Part shown: positions 61,033-64,000 of the stretch, piece after piece
How the letters are laid out: every line of letters starts with the position of its first letter
Position numbering within the stretch: position 1 is the stretch's first letter
Origin: a plasmid
Sequence record: NZ_CP018188.1
Length of the DNA stretch: 64,000 bases
Direction: 5' to 3' (one strand)
Made by a program: the position numbers and the translations under genes
Notes under the pieces: model-generated
What the model was told of the DNA's origin: nothing
The model's input: only the letters and a program-made list of their open reading frames with translations
Database searches by the model: none

Positions 61033-62166
61033 TTGCGACACCAATATAAAATAGCCTATCATGGCTTCATGGTAGAATTTAAAGATTATGAAAATACACA
61101 AGGGCTCGAAGAGCTAGAAGGTTGGCGGTATTTTCCGATTAGAGCAGCAAATAGGATTAAGTCCTTCTGGGAGAGCAACAGCGTTCTCTCTTACTTGAGG
61201 CGACATCGGTTAAAACGAACGATGATTATTAGTTATGCATTACTGGGAACAATGGTATGGACAGCTACATCTGCTTATTTCTCTCCAACCCGAGTTACTT
61301 ACTTAGAGTCACAACTGCAGGCAACACAATCATTTGGTAATGGCCTTGGAAGTATCACAGCAACTTCTATGACTTACTCTTCGTCAAATGGATTAGTCGT
61401 TATGGAATTGACAACATCAGATGCTACGAGTGCTATCAAAAAAGGGATTAATACTGAAAATCTTGATTGGCAGGTTTTCTTGCCAAGTAGTGTTAAGAAT
61501 CCTGAAGCAGTGACCTTAGAAGTCATTCCGTTAACCGGAGATAAGGTGTATCTAGTCATGCGTAATGTGCCTTCAGATTATACGCTCATGGTTATTCGTG
61601 CGACAAATAAGACACCGAACTCAAACAGTCTCAAGATTGACGTTCAAGAATACAATGATTACTTATCATCTAGTTCTAATGACGCTTCAGTCTCTAAGCA
61701 GAATAAACAAAAAGATAAGGAAGGGAATAAGAACTATGTTGATTTCTTTGTAACTCCTCAAAATGAACTCTTAAAAAACAAATATGTCAAGAATTTGTCT
61801 CGTGAGAAGTTTGCCCTCAATATTTTTGAAGAGGAGTTGAAATATCAAAAAGATCAACGAAAAGAACTCTTGGCTTCTGCAAAAACACTTGATGACAGTG
61901 TCAAGGAAGATACTAAGACATTGGAGCAGTTGAAGCGTGAGTCAGAATACTTGGTCGGTAACGAGTTAACCGATAAGCAGAGTGATATGGAAGCAATCGA
62001 GAAAAGTATGGACTCTAAAGAGAAGGACGGAGCGAAAGCGCGTGAAAATGCTGCTTATGTTCAGACAATCATTGAACAGATTGAAAAAAATATCAAAGCA
62101 GTTAAGAATGGTACTTACAAGTTTAATTCACCAGTACGCTCAGTAAAACAAGATATTGGGGAATAA
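61033..62166 (+). CDS. Membrane-anchored protein with an extracytoplasmic domain and a C-terminal coiled coil
   Basis: TM helix ~aa 62-84, Ser/Thr-rich region, Lys/Glu-rich coiled coil. Confidence 0.5.
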   Translation: MRHQYKIAYHGFMVEFKDYENTQGLEELEGWRYFPIRAANRIKSFWESNSVLSYLRRHRLKRTMIISYALLGTMVWTATSAYFSPTRVTYLESQLQATQSFGNGLGSITATSMTYSSSNGLVVMELTTSDATSAIKKGINTENLDWQVFLPSSVKNPEAVTLEVIPLTGDKVYLVMRNVPSDYTLMVIRATNKTPNSNSLKIDVQEYNDYLSSSSNDASVSKQNKQKDKEGNKNYVDFFVTPQNELLKNKYVKNLSREKFALNIFEEELKYQKDQRKELLASAKTLDDSVKEDTKTLEQLKRESEYLVGNELTDKQSDMEAIEKSMDSKEKDGAKARENAAYVQTIIEQIEKNIKAVKNGTYKFNSPVRSVKQDIGE

Positions 62167-62201
62167 ATATAAAAAGGAAAGAAAGGACTTTATTAACGAT
62201 T

Positions 62202-62600
62202 ATGACAATTGACGAACAACGCTATTTACTTAACCAGGACTGCCTATTGATGAAATATCAGCGAGGTAACGCTATGAATGAACCCCTTCAAATTTTTAGA
62301 GGGAAATGGGCAGACGGTTTAGAACGCCTACATCAAATCATTGATAAAGAAGTTGGTTGGAAGAACTTTCGTAGTTTTGTCTCAAGTAACGTACATCATG
62401 ACTCTGAAACATCCATTGAGGTAGTTAAGACACACTTAAACCAATGCCGTACTGAATGTACGGACCTTTTGGATATTGATTTTGGAGAGAAAGGTTCTAT
62501 TTGTATTCAGAGGGATCAAGTGGAGCTTTTGACTGAGAAATTCCGTTATTTCCTTTATTTTGAAAGTAATATTCAACCAATGATGGATATTGACTTCTAG
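62202..62600 (+). CDS. Hypothetical protein
   Basis: 132-aa ORF. Confidence 0.45.
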   Translation: MTIDEQRYLLNQDCLLMKYQRGNAMNEPLQIFRGKWADGLERLHQIIDKEVGWKNFRSFVSSNVHHDSETSIEVVKTHLNQCRTECTDLLDIDFGEKGSICIQRDQVELLTEKFRYFLYFESNIQPMMDIDF

Positions 62601-63012
62601 GAGGTACTGGATGAATCAAGAAGAAAACCAACAACAAGAGGGGAACTGGGGACTGCCTCGTGGTCTTTACACGCAGGTAAAGTACTACGGTGTTCCGGTA
62701 ATGAAAGCCTTCATTATAGTAGGGAGTTTTGTTTTTCCGCTACAATTCAGGGATATATTTTTCCCTAGAGGGCAGGAGTTGAAGTTCCTAATCAATTTAC
62801 TCTGTACAATGACTTTAACGATTTATTGGATGATCCCTTCTTCGTCTGGTGGAAATAAGTTCTGGGAATTTATTCATGCTCACCGTCGGACAAAGAAACG
62901 TTATTATCCAATTGATAAGAACTGTTACCCAGAGTTGAGAGATGATGGCTCGAAAAACCGTCGCTACTTAATGGATAAGGCTGCAGAACGTTTAGGAAGG
63001 AAGTATAAATAG
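62590..63012 (+). CDS. Small membrane protein
   Basis: Two TM helices. Confidence 0.45.
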   Translation: MTSRRYWMNQEENQQQEGNWGLPRGLYTQVKYYGVPVMKAFIIVGSFVFPLQFRDIFFPRGQELKFLINLLCTMTLTIYWMIPSSSGGNKFWEFIHAHRRTKKRYYPIDKNCYPELRDDGSKNRRYLMDKAAERLGRKYK

Positions 63013-64000
63013 ATGAAGGAGAGGACTAACCATAATCTTAGTAAGACTCCTTATATTGACAAATACACAACAGACCTTACTGAGAAAATCAGACCCAAGC
63101 GTCAAGATTTTGTGGCTTGGGGTAGACAAGATGAAATCAGACAAGTCTTTATCTCACTGAATCGATTAGAAAAAAACTCTCCTGTACTAATTGGTGAAGC
63201 TGGTGTAGGTAAAACAGCTATTGTAGAAGGAATTTGTGCGGATATTCTTAACAATAAAGCCCACGTCCCAACACGTTTCCAAGGTAAGCAGGTTAAGCAA
63301 CTAGAATTATCTGCTATCCAAGGGAAAGAATTTGACCATACAGGTAAAGAGGTGAACATCATTGCCAAAATGGACGGATTGATTAAAGAGTTTATGGCTC
63401 ATAAAGATGAGTTTATCCTCTTTATTGATGAAGTGCATACCATTATGGGTACTGGGGTTGAGGGAAGTGCTCTTGACGTCGCTAATAGCTTGAAACCAGC
63501 CTTATCTCGTGGGGAAATCTATCTTATTTCAGCCACTACAGCTGATGAGTTTATGATTATCGAACGAGATCCAGCGATGGAACGACGTCTGCAACCAGTT
63601 TACGTTGATGAACTGGACAAAGAGGCATCTATTTTGGTCTTGAAAAAACGTCGTCCCAAGTATAAACGAGAACTTGATATTGAGATTCCTACTGATGCCA
63701 TTAAGGCAGCAGTAGAATTATCTATTCGTTATGTCACGGATAAAATGCTTCCTGATAAAGCTATTGATATTATTGATGAAGCTTCAGCGACTGCAAATAT
63801 TGATGGGAAATCAGAGATTACCTTAAGAGATATTGCGAATGTCATTCACCGTAAAAAAGGTATTCCAATGGAAAGTCTCCTACGCACGTCCTCAACTCCA
63901 GTGGATTTTGCGGAAGGGATGCGTGCTGTTGTTAAGGGGCAAGACCATGTGATTCGAACTATAGCACGCCTTATGTATAAAGGTATCCAGGGTGGGCAGA
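63013..64000 (+). CDS. Clp/Hsp100-family AAA+ ATPase (ClpL/ClpE-like, no long N-domain), 3'-truncated by the window edge
   Basis: First NBD: Walker A GEAGVGKTA, Walker B LFIDEVH, sensor ISATT..EF...ERDPAMERRLQPV, then the start of the middle domain. Confidence 0.75.
   Translation, partial: MKERTNHNLSKTPYIDKYTTDLTEKIRPKRQDFVAWGRQDEIRQVFISLNRLEKNSPVLIGEAGVGKTAIVEGICADILNNKAHVPTRFQGKQVKQLELSAIQGKEFDHTGKEVNIIAKMDGLIKEFMAHKDEFILFIDEVHTIMGTGVEGSALDVANSLKPALSRGEIYLISATTADEFMIIERDPAMERRLQPVYVDELDKEASILVLKKRRPKYKRELDIEIPTDAIKAAVELSIRYVTDKMLPDKAIDIIDEASATANIDGKSEITLRDIANVIHRKKGIPMESLLRTSSTPVDFAEGMRAVVKGQDHVIRTIARLMYKGIQGGQ

Noticed and set aside
63102-63368. 88-aa minus ORF
   Set aside because: It is antisense within the Clp ATPase CDS.
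1-64000. tRNA, rRNA or tmRNA genes as integration targets
   Set aside because: No cloverleaf-like or rRNA-like sequence was recognised by eye. This cannot be excluded without tRNAscan or Infernal.

Overview
This is a low-GC, Streptococcus-like mosaic accessory region with no rRNA, tRNA or CRISPR array detected. No integrase or type IV secretion (conjugation) genes lie inside the window. Main blocks, in order: (1) 1-19.4 kb, a conjugative-element segment resembling a leading or recombination region: a tight same-strand polycistron with a shared RBS, encoding SSB, an ERF-type annealing protein, a 4-Cys PD-(D/E)XK nuclease, RadC and many small unknown proteins. It ends in a 3' segment that recurs twice more at 34.9 and 54.7 kb, which suggests serial accretion of elements. 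(2) 19.5-23 kb, an AbiEi/AbiEii pair followed by an AT-rich two-gene unknown module. (3) 23.4-33 kb, a radical-SAM/SPASM RiPP-like locus: candidate precursor, CPBP protease, rSAM maturase, ABC exporter, ABC immunity pair and a LytTR RR/HK. The maturase is cleanly split by a 1,724-bp IS1595-family element carrying lnu(C), with an 8-bp target duplication, and the intact ORF can be reconstructed. (4) 33.8-37.3 kb, NUDIX and ASCH genes, an IS3-family element sitting in a terminator, and a 61-aa gene behind a ComX cin-box. This unit is partly duplicated at 56.3-57.3 kb. (5) 37.4-47.8 kb, a class II (lacticin-481/SA-FF22-like) lanthipeptide locus: divergent LanK/LanR, three precursor genes (two near-identical), LanM, a LanT with a C39 peptidase domain, and LanFEG. 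(6) 47.9-49.1 kb, nested IS3 remnants and a HigBA module with a frameshifted toxin. (7) 49.5-56 kb, an orphan ABC transporter, an APH-family kinase, a DNA-alkylation-repair protein and an alpha/beta hydrolase. (8) 57.5-64 kb, a GmrSD-family (DUF262/DUF1524) nuclease, a cluster of palindromic repeats, membrane proteins and the start of a Clp-family ATPase. Several short intergenic motifs recur across the window and are listed as findings.
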